Positions 26,425 through 36,080 of a DNA stretch of 64,000 nucleotides are shown in pieces. Origin of the DNA: an uncultured Actinomycetes bacterium (GTDB lineage Bacteria; Actinomycetota; UBA4738; HRBIN12). The stretch lies in assembly GCA_963821925.1 (NCBI GenBank), contig CAWGFO010000001.1:521763-585762 (forward strand), read 5' to 3'. Position 1 is the stretch's first letter, and every line of letters begins with the position of its first letter. Both the position numbers and the translations under genes were made by a program. A model generated the notes under the pieces. It saw only the letters and a program-made list of their open reading frames with translations, made no database searches and had not been told where the DNA came from.

Positions 26425-28189
26425 GTGCGACGCGTCTTCTACCTCATCCCGGCCGTGCTGCTGACGGCTTCGTTCGTAGTGGCGGCTCGCAGCGTGCCTT
26501 CGTTCGCGGTGGCGCCGGGATCCAACGGTGCGATCGCGTTCGAGTCCGACCGTGACGGGGACCTCGAGATCTTCACGATCCGGTCGGACGGCACGGGACT
26601 GCTGCAGCTGACGCACAACACCGTCGCCGATCGGAACCCGGCGTGGTCCCCCGACGGGACGACCCTCGTATTCGTCCGCGATGCCTGCAACGGAACCTGC
26701 CGGAACCTCTGGCAGATCGGCGCCGACGGCACCGGTGAGCTGCAGCTGACGAACGAGGTGGGCATCGCCGATGCCGATCCGACTTGGTCGCCGGACGGCA
26801 CCACCATCGCATTCGCGCACCCGACGAACGATGGGACCGGTCAGTTCTTCAAGCAGATCTGGACGATCCCGGCGGCGGGAGGCTCGATGACCAAGCTCAC
26901 GTCGTCGGCGTACGCGAACTGGTCACCGGACTGGTCACCCGACGGTTCGAAGATCGTCTTCTACTCGACGCGCGTCGACCCCGGCACGCTCTACTCGATG
27001 AACGCGGACGGCACCGCGCAGGCGAAGGTGACGTTCACCGGTGCGTCGACCCCACCCGCATACCTCCTTGGCGGTCCCTCCTGGTCACCCGACGGCACGA
27101 CGTTCGCCTTCCATGGGGCAAACAGTGCGACGCTCGAGGTGCCGCGTCTCGTGCTCGCGAACGTCGACGGGACCGATACCCGGACCCTGTGGGATCCGAC
27201 CGGAGAGGTCTACCCGCCCTCCTGGGCACCTGACGGGCAGAAGCTCGTCGTGACCGTGAACAGCGGGAGCGGCTCCGTCACCAACATGCAGCTCTACGTC
27301 GTGGACGCATCGGATGGCTCTGCGTACGTGCTCGCGTCGTCTTCGTTCACCGAGCAGAACCCGAGCTGGCAACCGACGGCGGCCGGCGTTTCAGCGACCC
27401 CTTCCCCGAGCCCGAGTTCGACCCCGAGCGCCTCCCCTTCCCCGAGCCCGAGCGCCTCCCCTTCCCCGAGCCCGAGCTCCCTCCCCGAGCCCGAGCGCCT
27501 CCCCTTCCCCGAGCCCGAGCGCCTCCCCTTCCCCGAGCCCGAGCGCCTCCCCTTCCCCGAGCCCGAGCGCCTCCCCTTCCCCGAGCCCGAGCGCCTCCCC
27601 TTCCCCGAGCCCGAGCGCCTCCCCTTCCCCGAGCCCCACCTCCTCGCCTCCGCCGCTACCTCCCCCGGACGGGGTTCACGTTGAGGTCACCGACAACCTG
27701 TTCACGCCCGCCACCGCCGCGATCCCGCTGGGCGGGACGATCGTCTTCGACCATCTGGGCCCGTCGCACCACACGGCAACCGACGGAACGGGGATGCTTC
27801 TGTACGACTCCGGCTCCGTCGATGAGACCAGCCCGCCCACCTGGTACACGTTCGAGGCGTCAGGGCGCTATCCGTTCATCTGTGTCTTCCACCCCGAGAT
27901 GTCGGGCCGCGCATACGTGTCCATCGAGGCGGGGCCGGCCACGGGCCCGGCGGGCAAGATCCGGAAGGTGACCTACGCGACGGCGATCGCGCTCGACGGC
28001 TTCGCGTACGACGTCCAGATCAGGCGTCCGGGCAAGCACTGGACCTCCTGGCGCAAGGGCACCCCGTGGCCCTCGGCTTCGTTCCTCGCCGACGCCGGGA
28101 AGGGCACGTATCGATTCCGCGCGCGGCTCCGGGAGGTGGGGCAGGCAGCCTCGGGTTGGTCGCGGCCCGCCGTCGTCCAGGTCGGGTAG
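26425..28189 (+). CDS. Secreted TolB-like (PD40) beta-propeller + Ser/Pro linker + cupredoxin + Fn3-like domain; frameshifted inside the linker repeat
   Basis: Signal peptide; repeated P-x-WSPDG motifs; after the repeat a second frame gives F-x-P...HTAT...YPFICVFHPEMSG and YDVQ..W..Y-x-FRAR..WS. Confidence 0.8.
27400..27634 (+). repeat. 24-bp tandem repeat encoding PSASPSPS
   Basis: Unit CCGAGCGCCTCCCCTTCCCCGAGC: perfect copies at 27424 and 27448, a 19-bp degenerate copy at 27472-27490, six perfect copies at 27491-27634, and a partial copy upstream. Confidence 0.95.
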
Positions 28190-28249
28190 CCATCCTCGTT
28201 CCGTCCGGGAGCGGTACCGTCGAGCTGAGACTCGATGAGGGGAGACCCG

Positions 28250-29017
28250 ATGACCCGCTTCAAGGTCGGCGTGCAGTTCCATCCGCAGCACACCTCGATG
28301 GACGTGCTCCGTGCCGGCTGGCGCGAGGCCGACGCCCTCGGCGTCGATTCGGTCTGGACGTGGGACCACTTCTACCCGCTGTACGGGGATCCCGACGGCG
28401 CGCACTTCGAAGGATGGTCGTTGCTCGCGGCGATCGCCTGCGACACGCAGCACGCCGAGTTCGGGGCGATGGTGACCTGCAACTCGTATCGGAACCCCGA
28501 GCTGCTCGCGGACATGGCCCGGACGATCGACCACCTGAGCCACGGCCGCCTGATCCTCGGGATCGGCTCGGGCTGGTTCGAGCGCGACTACGAGGAGTAC
28601 GGGTACGGGTTCGGTACCGCGGTCGAGCGGCTCCGGGCCCTCGAGGCGGCGTTGCCGCGCATCGAGGCCCGCCTCGGGAAGTTGAACCCGCCGCCCGCCC
28701 GAGACCCCCTGCCGATCCTGATCGGTGGCGCCGGCGAGAAGGTCACGCTGCGGCTCGTCGCCGAGCACGCGTCGATGTGGAACAGCTTCGGCCCGCCCGA
28801 GCGGTACGCGAGGAAGAACGCGGTCCTCGACGAGTGGTGCGGCCGGATCGGCCGCGATCCGAAGGAGATCGAGCGCACGATCCTGATCGAGCACGACGAC
28901 CTTCAGGTCGACGCCTATCTCGGGGCCGGCGCCCAGCACCTGATCGTCGAGCTCGGCACGACCGGCGACAAGCCGTTCGACCTTGGCCCCGTGCGGGAAC
29001 TGCTCGACCAGCGCTAG
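28250..29017 (+). CDS. LLM-class, probably F420-dependent oxidoreductase
   Basis: VGVQFHPQH, WTWDHFYPLYG, HFEGW, VTCNSYRNPELLADMARTIDH, ILIGGAGEKVTL. Confidence 0.88.
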   Translation: MTRFKVGVQFHPQHTSMDVLRAGWREADALGVDSVWTWDHFYPLYGDPDGAHFEGWSLLAAIACDTQHAEFGAMVTCNSYRNPELLADMARTIDHLSHGRLILGIGSGWFERDYEEYGYGFGTAVERLRALEAALPRIEARLGKLNPPPARDPLPILIGGAGEKVTLRLVAEHASMWNSFGPPERYARKNAVLDEWCGRIGRDPKEIERTILIEHDDLQVDAYLGAGAQHLIVELGTTGDKPFDLGPVRELLDQR

Positions 29018-29026
29018 CACGACGAA

Positions 29027-29047
29027 GGCCGGGCGCGAGGCCCGGCC
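29027..29047. terminator. GC hairpin between convergent LLM and ino1 genes
   Basis: GGCCGGGC-GCGAG-GCCCGGCC. Confidence 0.45.
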
Positions 29048-29074
29048 CTCGATGCGTCCGCCGTGTCGCGAGCG

Positions 29075-30223
29075 TCAGACCGTGGGCTGGGTCTCCCGCG
29101 CGTCCACGATCTGGATCGCCTGCTGGTGGCGCTGCTGCGCCTCGATGTCGGCCGGCTTGCCGACGATGAAGGCCTCCACCATCCGGTGCGCCTCCTCGTC
29201 GGTGAACTGCACCGGCGGCGACTTCATGAAGTACGACGACGGGCCGATCAGCGGACCGCCGATCCCGCGGTCGAGCGCGAGCTTCGCGCAGCGCACCGCG
29301 TCGATGATCACGCCGGCGGAGTTCGGCGAGTCCCAGACCTCGAGCTTCATCTCGATCGTCAGGGGGATGTCGCCGAAGTTGCGGCCCTCGAGCCGGATCA
29401 TCGCCCACTTGCGGTCCTCGAGCCACGGCACGTGGTCGCTCGGGCCGATGTGGATGTTGTCCTTGGCGAGCGGCTCCTCGAGCTGCGACTGCACCGACTG
29501 CGTCTTCGAGATCTTCTTCGAGACGAGGCGCTCGCGCTCGAGCATGTTCATGAAGTCCATGTTGCCGCCGAAGTTCAGCTGGTAGGTGCGGTCGAGCTCG
29601 ACGCCTCGGTCCTCGAAGAGCTTCGCGAGCACGCGGTGCGTGATCGTGGCGCCCACCTGGGACTTGATGTCGTCGCCCACGATCGGCACGCCGGCATCGC
29701 GGAACTTCTTCGCCCACGCGAGGTCGCTCGCGATGAACACGGGCAGGGCGTTCACGAACGCGACGCCCGCGTCGAGGGCGCACTGCGCGTAGTGGCGAGC
29801 GGCCTGCTCGGACCCCACCGGCAGGTAGCACACGAGCACGTCGGCCCGGTTGTCCTTCAGGACCTGGACGACGTCGACCTCGGGTGCGTCGGACTCCGTG
29901 ACCACCTGGCGGTAGTAGGTGCCGAGCCCGTCGAGCGTGCGGCCCTTCTGGACGGTCACGCCGGTCGGTGGGACGTCGGAGAACGTGATCGTGTTGTTCG
30001 GCGCGGTGAAGATCGCCTCGGCGACGTCCTTGCCGACCTTGGCGGCGTCGACGTCGAACGCCGCCACGACCTCGACGTCGCGAACGTGATAGCCGCCCAG
30101 CTCGACGTGCATCAGGCCGGGGACGCGGTCCTCCGGGCTCGCCTCCTTGTAGTACTCGAGGCCCTGGACCAGCGATGAGGCGCAGTTGCCCACGCCCACG
30201 ATCGCGATTCGAACCTTCGTCAT
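29075..30223 (-). CDS. ino1: Myo-inositol-1-phosphate synthase
   Basis: [43 protein letters not shown]-x-NM, KKISKT, DSPNSAG, MKSPP. Confidence 0.97.
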   Translation of the reverse strand: MTKVRIAIVGVGNCASSLVQGLEYYKEASPEDRVPGLMHVELGGYHVRDVEVVAAFDVDAAKVGKDVAEAIFTAPNNTITFSDVPPTGVTVQKGRTLDGLGTYYRQVVTESDAPEVDVVQVLKDNRADVLVCYLPVGSEQAARHYAQCALDAGVAFVNALPVFIASDLAWAKKFRDAGVPIVGDDIKSQVGATITHRVLAKLFEDRGVELDRTYQLNFGGNMDFMNMLERERLVSKKISKTQSVQSQLEEPLAKDNIHIGPSDHVPWLEDRKWAMIRLEGRNFGDIPLTIEMKLEVWDSPNSAGVIIDAVRCAKLALDRGIGGPLIGPSSYFMKSPPVQFTDEEAHRMVEAFIVGKPADIEAQQRHQQAIQIVDARETQPTV

Positions 30224-30795
30224 GACGTGTGCTCCTTCCTGCGGAGCGATCGCCGCTCCGATGCGGTGGTGGTCGTGCGGGAACGCTCCGCCGCGAGCAA
30301 GCCGTCGACCCACGCGAGATCGGACTCGGTGGCCGAGCGGCCGTGCTCCATCAGCGACAGCGTGTAGTCGTCGACCCGCGCGCGCGTGGTGCGCAGCGAG
30401 TCGCTGATCGTATTGAGCCGGTCCTCCAGGGTCGCGCGGCGGCGCTCCAGGAGGCGGATCCGGGTCTCGGGCGGCAGGTAACGGAAGAAGGCCAGCCGCA
30501 CGCGGAACCGCGTGTCCTCGGTCGAATTGTCGTGGGGGGTCTCCTGCAGGAGCTCGAGGAAGACGCTCTCCCCGTGCTCGGTGATGCGGTAGACGTGCTT
30601 GCGGCGCCCGGCCGTGGGCTGGTCGCCCTGCACGACCTCGATCGCGCCGTCGCGCTCGAGCCGTCGCAGCGTCGGGTACAGGGACCCGTAGGAGACCCGC
30701 CAGAATCCGCCGAGCGCGTCACCCAGCTCCCGAGAGAGTTGGTAGCCGTGCATCGGCTGCTCCTTCAGCAGGCCGAGGATCGCGAGTTCGAGCAT
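30220..30795 (-). CDS. PadR family regulator (Rv0047c-like)
   Basis: [27 protein letters not shown]-x-LRRL..RLAFF; ATGA overlap with ino1. Confidence 0.92.
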   Translation of the reverse strand: MLELAILGLLKEQPMHGYQLSRELGDALGGFWRVSYGSLYPTLRRLERDGAIEVVQGDQPTAGRRKHVYRITEHGESVFLELLQETPHDNSTEDTRFRVRLAFFRYLPPETRIRLLERRRATLEDRLNTISDSLRTTRARVDDYTLSLMEHGRSATESDLAWVDGLLAAERSRTTTTASERRSLRRKEHTS

Positions 30796-30833
30796 CTGAC
30801 GTTGGGTTCCTTCCCGGGGACGGTGTGGCGGTT

Positions 30834-30868
30834 CGATATATCGGACGCATATATCGTTTCGATATATC
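30834..30868. promoter_or_regulatory. AT-rich palindromic operator upstream of padR-ino1
   Basis: CGATATATCG (30834-30843) and ATATATCG-TTT-CGATATAT (30849-30867) in a very GC-rich background. Confidence 0.7.
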
Positions 30869-30946
30869 TATACCGCCGGCCGGCGCTCGCGTCAACTCAT
30901 GGGGCGTTGGGGCCCGGCGCGGATTCGTGGAAGATGGGCGGCGGAG

Positions 30947-31183
30947 GTGACCGAGATCCGCCAGCCCCCCACCATCAACGTCCCCCGGACTCTCTACGAC
31001 GAGTTGCGTACCGTTGCGCTCGTGTCCGGGATCGAGGTCGACGAGCACGCCGCGCGCGCCCTACGGGCGTACCTCGATGACGGCGGCCGTGCGGCCGCGG
31101 TGGCCGGGTACGCGGAGCGAGCCCGGCGACGCCATCGCGGCGCGCTCGACCTGCTCGCCGATCCATCGAGATCCGTTACCTGA
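30947..31183 (+). CDS. Putative ribbon-helix-helix antitoxin
   Basis: TINVPRTLYDELR..A..ALRAYL..RHRGALDLLA; size and pattern resemble the RHH antitoxins found before actinobacterial doc genes. Confidence 0.6.
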   Translation: MTEIRQPPTINVPRTLYDELRTVALVSGIEVDEHAARALRAYLDDGGRAAAVAGYAERARRRHRGALDLLADPSRSVT

Positions 31184-31557
31184 CCCCCGACGACGTCGAG
31201 GCGATCGCCGTGACGGAGGTGGGGGCGGGTGCCGCCTGCGACCCGGAGACCCTCCGGGCCGCGGTCGACCTGCCGTCCGCGCGTGAGGACGATCGCGACG
31301 CCTACCCGGGTATCCACCTGAAGGCGGCGGCGCTGCTCGAGGCCCTCGTGCGTACGAAGCCGTTCGCCTGGGGGAACGAGCAGGTCGCGCTCCTGGCGGT
31401 CACGGTCTTCCTGAACCTGAACGGCTGGGACCTCGAGGCCGAGCCCGACGAGCTCGCCCTGCTCACCCGGATGACGGCACAGGGCCGGCTGCCGCTGTTC
31501 GACATCGCGGCGGGGCTCGAGTCGGCGACGGTCAGGCTGTCGCTGGAGGAGGAGTGA
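31165..31557 (+). CDS. Doc/Fic-family protein with a degenerate catalytic motif; start uncertain
   Basis: In-frame IEIRYLTPDDVEAIA N-terminus, L-x2-AV-x2-P, YP-x2-H-x-KAAALL-x2-LV, KPFAWGNEQ in place of HPF-x-DGNKR, FL-x-LNG. Confidence 0.75.
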   Translation: MEIRYLTPDDVEAIAVTEVGAGAACDPETLRAAVDLPSAREDDRDAYPGIHLKAAALLEALVRTKPFAWGNEQVALLAVTVFLNLNGWDLEAEPDELALLTRMTAQGRLPLFDIAAGLESATVRLSLEEE

Positions 31558-32752
31558 CGGCGGCAGGCGCGGGCCGGCGGCCGGCCGCCAGGGCCATGCC
31601 TGCGGAGGCGAGCCCGAGCACCCCGCAGCCCAGCCAGAGCGCCGTCGCGCTCACGGAGTAGACGGCCGTCCCGGCGAGAGGGCCGACGATCGCCGCGGTC
31701 GCGAACATCATCCCGAAGGACCCCTGGTAGCGCCCGCGCGCGTGTTCGGGCGCACGATCGGCGACGAACGCGGCGCTCGAGGGCGATTCGACGATCTCAC
31801 CGAGCGTCCAGATCAGGACCATGAGCGCCAGCCCCGGGAGCGCCTGCACGACCGCGAGCGTCGCGAACCCGAGCCCGACGAGCGCGGCCCCGACCGCCAC
31901 GACCCGTGTGCGCTCGTGCCGCATCGCCCAGGCCGTGATCGGGAGCTCGAGCAGCACCACCACGACGCCGTTCGCCGCGAGGAGGAACCCGTACGTCGAG
32001 GTCGAGTACCCCAGGTCGCGCACGTGCAGCGCGAACGTGCTCGCGCTCTGCATGTAGACCACGGCCGTGAGGAAGACCGCGCCGAGGAACAGCTGGAAGC
32101 CCCGATCCGCAGCGATCGAGCGCCCCGCCGACCCTAGGTCGCGCTCCTCCTGCTTCGTGGTGCGGGTGCCGTGGGGGAGCGCGACCAAGGCGATCACCGC
32201 GAACGCCGCCGACGTGATCGCGTCGCCGACGAAGAGCAGGTCGAACGAGCGTTCCGCGAGGAGCCCGGCGAGGCCGAGGCCGAAGGCCCATCCGAGGTTC
32301 AGCATCAGCCGGTAGGCGCTGAACGCCGCCACGCGATCATCGGAGGGGACCAGGTCGGCGACGAGGGCGCTCGAGGCCGGCCGGTAGAGCTCGGCCGTGA
32401 AGCCCAGCAACAGGATCACAGCGACGATCGCGAACAGGCCGTCCACCCACAGGAGCGACAGCGTCAGCGCGGCCCCGCCGAGCATCGAGAACGCGATCGT
32501 GTTCCGCCTGCCGAGTCGATCGGCGAGCAGGCCCCCGATCCCCTGGGCGGCGGTCGCGCCGAGGCCGTAGGCGGCCAGACCGAGGCCGGCCTGCGTCACC
32601 GTGTACCCACGGTCCGTGAGATACAGGGTGATGAACGGCAGGACGAACGAGCCGAGCCGGTTCACGAAGGCGCCCGCGAACAAGATCCAGGCCTCGCGCG
32701 GCAACGATCGGAGCGTGGCCCGGAGGTTCCGCCGGGTGGGGACGTCGCTCAC
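31532..32752 (-). CDS. MFS transporter
   Basis: FVNRLGSFVLPF, GGLLADRLGRR, APEHARGRYQG. Confidence 0.9.
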   Translation of the reverse strand: MSDVPTRRNLRATLRSLPREAWILFAGAFVNRLGSFVLPFITLYLTDRGYTVTQAGLGLAAYGLGATAAQGIGGLLADRLGRRNTIAFSMLGGAALTLSLLWVDGLFAIVAVILLLGFTAELYRPASSALVADLVPSDDRVAAFSAYRLMLNLGWAFGLGLAGLLAERSFDLLFVGDAITSAAFAVIALVALPHGTRTTKQEERDLGSAGRSIAADRGFQLFLGAVFLTAVVYMQSASTFALHVRDLGYSTSTYGFLLAANGVVVVLLELPITAWAMRHERTRVVAVGAALVGLGFATLAVVQALPGLALMVLIWTLGEIVESPSSAAFVADRAPEHARGRYQGSFGMMFATAAIVGPLAGTAVYSVSATALWLGCGVLGLASAGMALAAGRRPAPAAVTPPPATA

Positions 32753-33447
32753 GCGGTCGGCCGGCGGTAGTCCGTGACGTAGCTCGGCGGCGCGATGCCG
32801 TCGGCGAGCGTGGGGTCGGGCTCGGGCTCGCCCGTCGCCAGCCCGAGCGGCAGGGTGCCGGCCCAGACGGGCAGGCCGAGGTCGTCGTCGTCGTCCATCG
32901 GCGGCCCGGTCCGGATCTTCGCCGAGGCCTCGCCGATCGGGACGGCGAGGATCATCGTCTGGCGGAACTCGTCCTCGTTGGGGAGGCGCGCGTCGGCGCC
33001 GCGACCGGGCGCCACGTGGTCGGCGAGCGCCCGCGCCATCGCGTCGAACTCCTCGCGGTCGGTCACCTCGCGCGCTCGCCCGTAGACCACGACCGATCGG
33101 TAGTTCATCGAGTGGTGGAAGAGCGACCGGGCGAGCACGAGGGCGTCGACGATCGTGGCGGTGATGCAGACCTCAGCCCCGCCGCGGAGCGCGCGCATCG
33201 TCTGCGAGGCGCGCGACCCGTGGACGTACAGGGTGTCGCCGACGCGCGCGTGGAGCGTGGGGATCTGCCGTGGCGAGCCGTCATCGTCGACCCACGCGAC
33301 GTGCACGATCAGGGCCTCGTCCACGATCGCGCGCACGACCGCCGGGTCGTACGCCCCACGTTCGGGGATCCGGCGGACACGGGTGCGTTCGGTGGGGGCC
33401 GCAGAGCGGCCCGGGGCTCCCGGCTCGGTCTCAGCCTCGGCGCTCAG
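32749..33447 (-). CDS. Pyridoxamine 5'-phosphate oxidase-like flavin-binding protein
   Basis: RVRR-x-PER-x2-YD, LYVHGSRAS, DALVLARS-x-FHHSMNYRSVVVYG, SAKIRTGPP, WAG-x-LP. Start uncertain; a CTGA overlap with the upstream stop at 33444-33447 is possible. Confidence 0.85.
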   Translation of the reverse strand: MSAEAETEPGAPGRSAAPTERTRVRRIPERGAYDPAVVRAIVDEALIVHVAWVDDDGSPRQIPTLHARVGDTLYVHGSRASQTMRALRGGAEVCITATIVDALVLARSLFHHSMNYRSVVVYGRAREVTDREEFDAMARALADHVAPGRGADARLPNEDEFRQTMILAVPIGEASAKIRTGPPMDDDDDLGLPVWAGTLPLGLATGEPEPDPTLADGIAPPSYVTDYRRPTA

Positions 33448-33653
33448 TGCTCGTCCCAGTGATCGTGGTGCCACCAGTGGCGGTGACCTTCGTGCACGTA
33501 GTCGACGTGATCGCCGTGCTGGACGGCTTCGTGGCCGCAGCCCTCGCCGTGCTCGTGGTCCTCGTGCTCCGCATGATGCCGGTGCTCGACGGCATCACCG
33601 TCCGACGGGAACGCCTCGGGGTCCTCCCAGAACTGCGGCGGGATCTTCGACAT
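33444..33653 (-). CDS. 69-aa His-rich putative metal-binding protein
   Basis: GAAGGAG RBS; 16 His in the last 46 residues, GCGH..HGDHVDYVHEGHRH pattern. Confidence 0.75.
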   Translation of the reverse strand: MSKIPPQFWEDPEAFPSDGDAVEHRHHAEHEDHEHGEGCGHEAVQHGDHVDYVHEGHRHWWHHDHWDEH

Positions 33654-34515
33654 CGACGGCTCCTTCCCTCGCGACCGGCACCGCCGGTCCGGTCATGTTC
33701 ATATCACCGCCCACCTCCAGCCGCATGCGCCGGGCGGCGCGGTCGAGGCTGCCGAGCAGCGGCCGGCCCAGGGCGAGCACGAGCACGCCGTTGCCGACCG
33801 CGCGGAACGTGTCCCACACGAGGGACGTGGCGGCGTAGAAGGTGAGGTAGTGGCGGAGGTTCTCCGCGGCCGTGGCGTCAGGGCTCCAGCTGACCGCCGA
33901 CCCGGCCGTCAGGAACGGCCAGGACCACAGGTTCATCAGCGCGCCGAACAGGTAGCCCGCGACCACGCCGTACGCGGCCAGGGCCCAGATCCGCACTCGC
34001 CATGACCCGCTGCGCGGCAGGAGACCTGCGCCCATCCCGACCCAGCCGACCGCCACCATCTGGAAGGGGAGCCAGGGTCCGAGCCCACCGATGAACAGCC
34101 CGCTCGCGAACGTGCCGACCGCCCCGAGCAGGAACCCGAACGACGGTCCGAACGCGTTCCCCGCCACCAGGACGATGATGAACATCGCGCTGAACCCGGC
34201 GACGAACCCGGGGAGGCGCAGCGCGACCATCGCCGCGCCCAGCACGCCGACGAGTGCGACGGCCTTGGGACCCATCCCGCCGCGGCCGAGCTCGACGAAG
34301 AGCAGGGTGCCCAGGCAGACCAGCAGCACGAGCAGGATGACGGGCCCATCGGCGTGGTGGTTCTCGTTCCCGCCGGTGAACGTCGGCAGCGCGAAGGGCC
34401 AGAGGAACGCCATCAGTCCGACGACGTTCAGCACGATCAACGCCCCGGCACGGAGGCGAGATCCGCCGGTCAGGGTGCGCACGCTCATCGGTCGGGCGAT
34501 CGTGGTCGCGCTCAC
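33595..34515 (-). CDS. ECF transporter S component (CbrT-like, cobalamin-related)
   Basis: GPKAVALVGVL, FGPSFGFLLG, GGLGPWLPFQM, S-x2-WDTFRAVGN; last transporter gene of the riboswitch-led operon. Confidence 0.85.
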   Translation of the reverse strand: MSATTIARPMSVRTLTGGSRLRAGALIVLNVVGLMAFLWPFALPTFTGGNENHHADGPVILLVLLVCLGTLLFVELGRGGMGPKAVALVGVLGAAMVALRLPGFVAGFSAMFIIVLVAGNAFGPSFGFLLGAVGTFASGLFIGGLGPWLPFQMVAVGWVGMGAGLLPRSGSWRVRIWALAAYGVVAGYLFGALMNLWSWPFLTAGSAVSWSPDATAAENLRHYLTFYAATSLVWDTFRAVGNGVLVLALGRPLLGSLDRAARRMRLEVGGDMNMTGPAVPVAREGAVDVEDPAAVLGGPRGVPVGR

Positions 34516-36080
34516 GCGAGCGCCTCGGCGACCTGTTCGGGCGTCAGCCAGCCGGGGCCGAAGGCGCGCGTCATCTGCGGCGCGAAGACGTGCGAGTCGC
34601 CGAGCACCGCCGCGGGGTCGCCGTCGGCGATCACCTCGCCGCCCGCCAGCATCACGACGCGCGTGGCGACCGCCGCCGCCAGTTCGACGTCGTGCGTCGC
34701 GAAGAGCGCCGTCCCGCCGTCGGCCGCGTGCGATCGTAGGAACCGCGCGAGGCGTTCCTTCGCCTCCGGATCGAGGCCGCGGGTCGGCTCGTCGAGCAGG
34801 AGCACGGGCGCCCGGCCCGCGGCGATCGCGGCGGTGGCCACGAGGAGCCGCTGGCCGGCCGACAGATCGCGCGGATGCCGGTCGGCGAGCTCCGCGATCC
34901 CCAGCTCGGCGAGCAGCGTCTCAGGCCGCACGTCGTCGATGCCGCGCGCCTTCAGCGTGACGGCGACCTCGTCGGCGACCGTGTCGGAGAAGAGCACCGA
35001 CTCGGGCTCCTGGGGACAGAGCGCCGCGTCGACCCCCGGGCGGGGGGTGCGACCGCCGACCCTCACCGATCCCGACGCGGGCGCGTGCACGCCCGCGATC
35101 GACCGCAGGAGCGTGGTCTTGCCGGCGCCGTTGCGTCCCATCACCGCGACGATCTCGCCCTCACCGGCCGTGAGGTCGACGTCGTGCAGGGCCGGAGCGT
35201 CGCCGTGTCGCGCCGAGAGTCGACGCAGCTCGACCCGGGTGTCGCCGGGCGCTGGCCCCGCGGCGCGGAGCCGTTCGGGCAACGCGCCCGCCAGGCGGCG
35301 CGCGTCGCGCACCGTGAGCGGCACCGGATCCCAGCCCACCAACCGGCCCAGGCGAGCGACCGGCGGCCCCAGGGCGAGCCGCCGGATCACCGCGGCCGGA
35401 TCACCCGCGGTCACGCGGCCCTCGTCGAAGCCCAGTGCGAGGTCGACCTGTCCGGCGACGCGTTCCAGCCGGTGCTCGGCGAGGATCACGGTCATCCCCT
35501 GATCGTGCACGAGCCGCTGGAGCGCCGCGAAGACGTGCTCGGCCCCCTGCGGGTCGAGCTGCGACGTGGGCTCGTCGAGCACGAGGATCCTCGGGCCGGC
35601 GGCCAGCGCGGCGGCGATCGCGACGCGCTGGCGCTCGCCGCCCGAGATCGACCGGACGCTCCGCGCCCGGAGCGGCTCGATGTCGAGGAGGTCGAGCATC
35701 TCCTCGACGCGTCGGCGCATGTGGGCGGGATCGACGCCGAGGTTCTCCATCCCGTAGGCGAGCTCCTCCTCGACACGGTCGAGCACGAACGACGCCCCCG
35801 GGTCCTGCGGGACGAACGCGACGGCATCGGCGAGCGCGCGGGGCGGGTACGCGAGCGTGTCGCGACCCGCGGCGAACACGCGGCCGGTGAACGCGCCACC
35901 GGTGAAGTGCGGGACGAGACCGTTGGCGACACGCAGGAACGTCGACTTGCCCGCGCCGGTGGGCCCGACCGCGAGGGCGAACGTTCCCTCCTCGATCTCG
36001 AGCGTCACGTCGACGAGCGCCGGACATGCGGCGTCCGGATAGCGGAACGAGACGGCGTCGACGCGGAGCGCCTCGGTCAC
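34512..36080 (-). CDS. ECF/ABC ATP-binding protein with two ATPase domains
   Basis: GPTGAGKST/ISGGE/LDEPTSQLD and GRNGAGKTT/LSAGQ/LDEPTRGLD. Confidence 0.92.
   Translation of the reverse strand: MTEALRVDAVSFRYPDAACPALVDVTLEIEEGTFALAVGPTGAGKSTFLRVANGLVPHFTGGAFTGRVFAAGRDTLAYPPRALADAVAFVPQDPGASFVLDRVEEELAYGMENLGVDPAHMRRRVEEMLDLLDIEPLRARSVRSISGGERQRVAIAAALAAGPRILVLDEPTSQLDPQGAEHVFAALQRLVHDQGMTVILAEHRLERVAGQVDLALGFDEGRVTAGDPAAVIRRLALGPPVARLGRLVGWDPVPLTVRDARRLAGALPERLRAAGPAPGDTRVELRRLSARHGDAPALHDVDLTAGEGEIVAVMGRNGAGKTTLLRSIAGVHAPASGSVRVGGRTPRPGVDAALCPQEPESVLFSDTVADEVAVTLKARGIDDVRPETLLAELGIAELADRHPRDLSAGQRLLVATAAIAAGRAPVLLLDEPTRGLDPEAKERLARFLRSHAADGGTALFATHDVELAAAVATRVVMLAGGEVIADGDPAAVLGDSHVFAPQMTRAFGPGWLTPEQVAEALA

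Noticed and set aside
27400-27634. Tandem array as a CRISPR
   Set aside because: Units are contiguous with no spacers, encode a Ser/Pro linker, and there are no cas genes.
27391-27639. (GLGEGEAL)n ORF on the minus strand
   Set aside because: Reverse-complement translation of the linker repeat.
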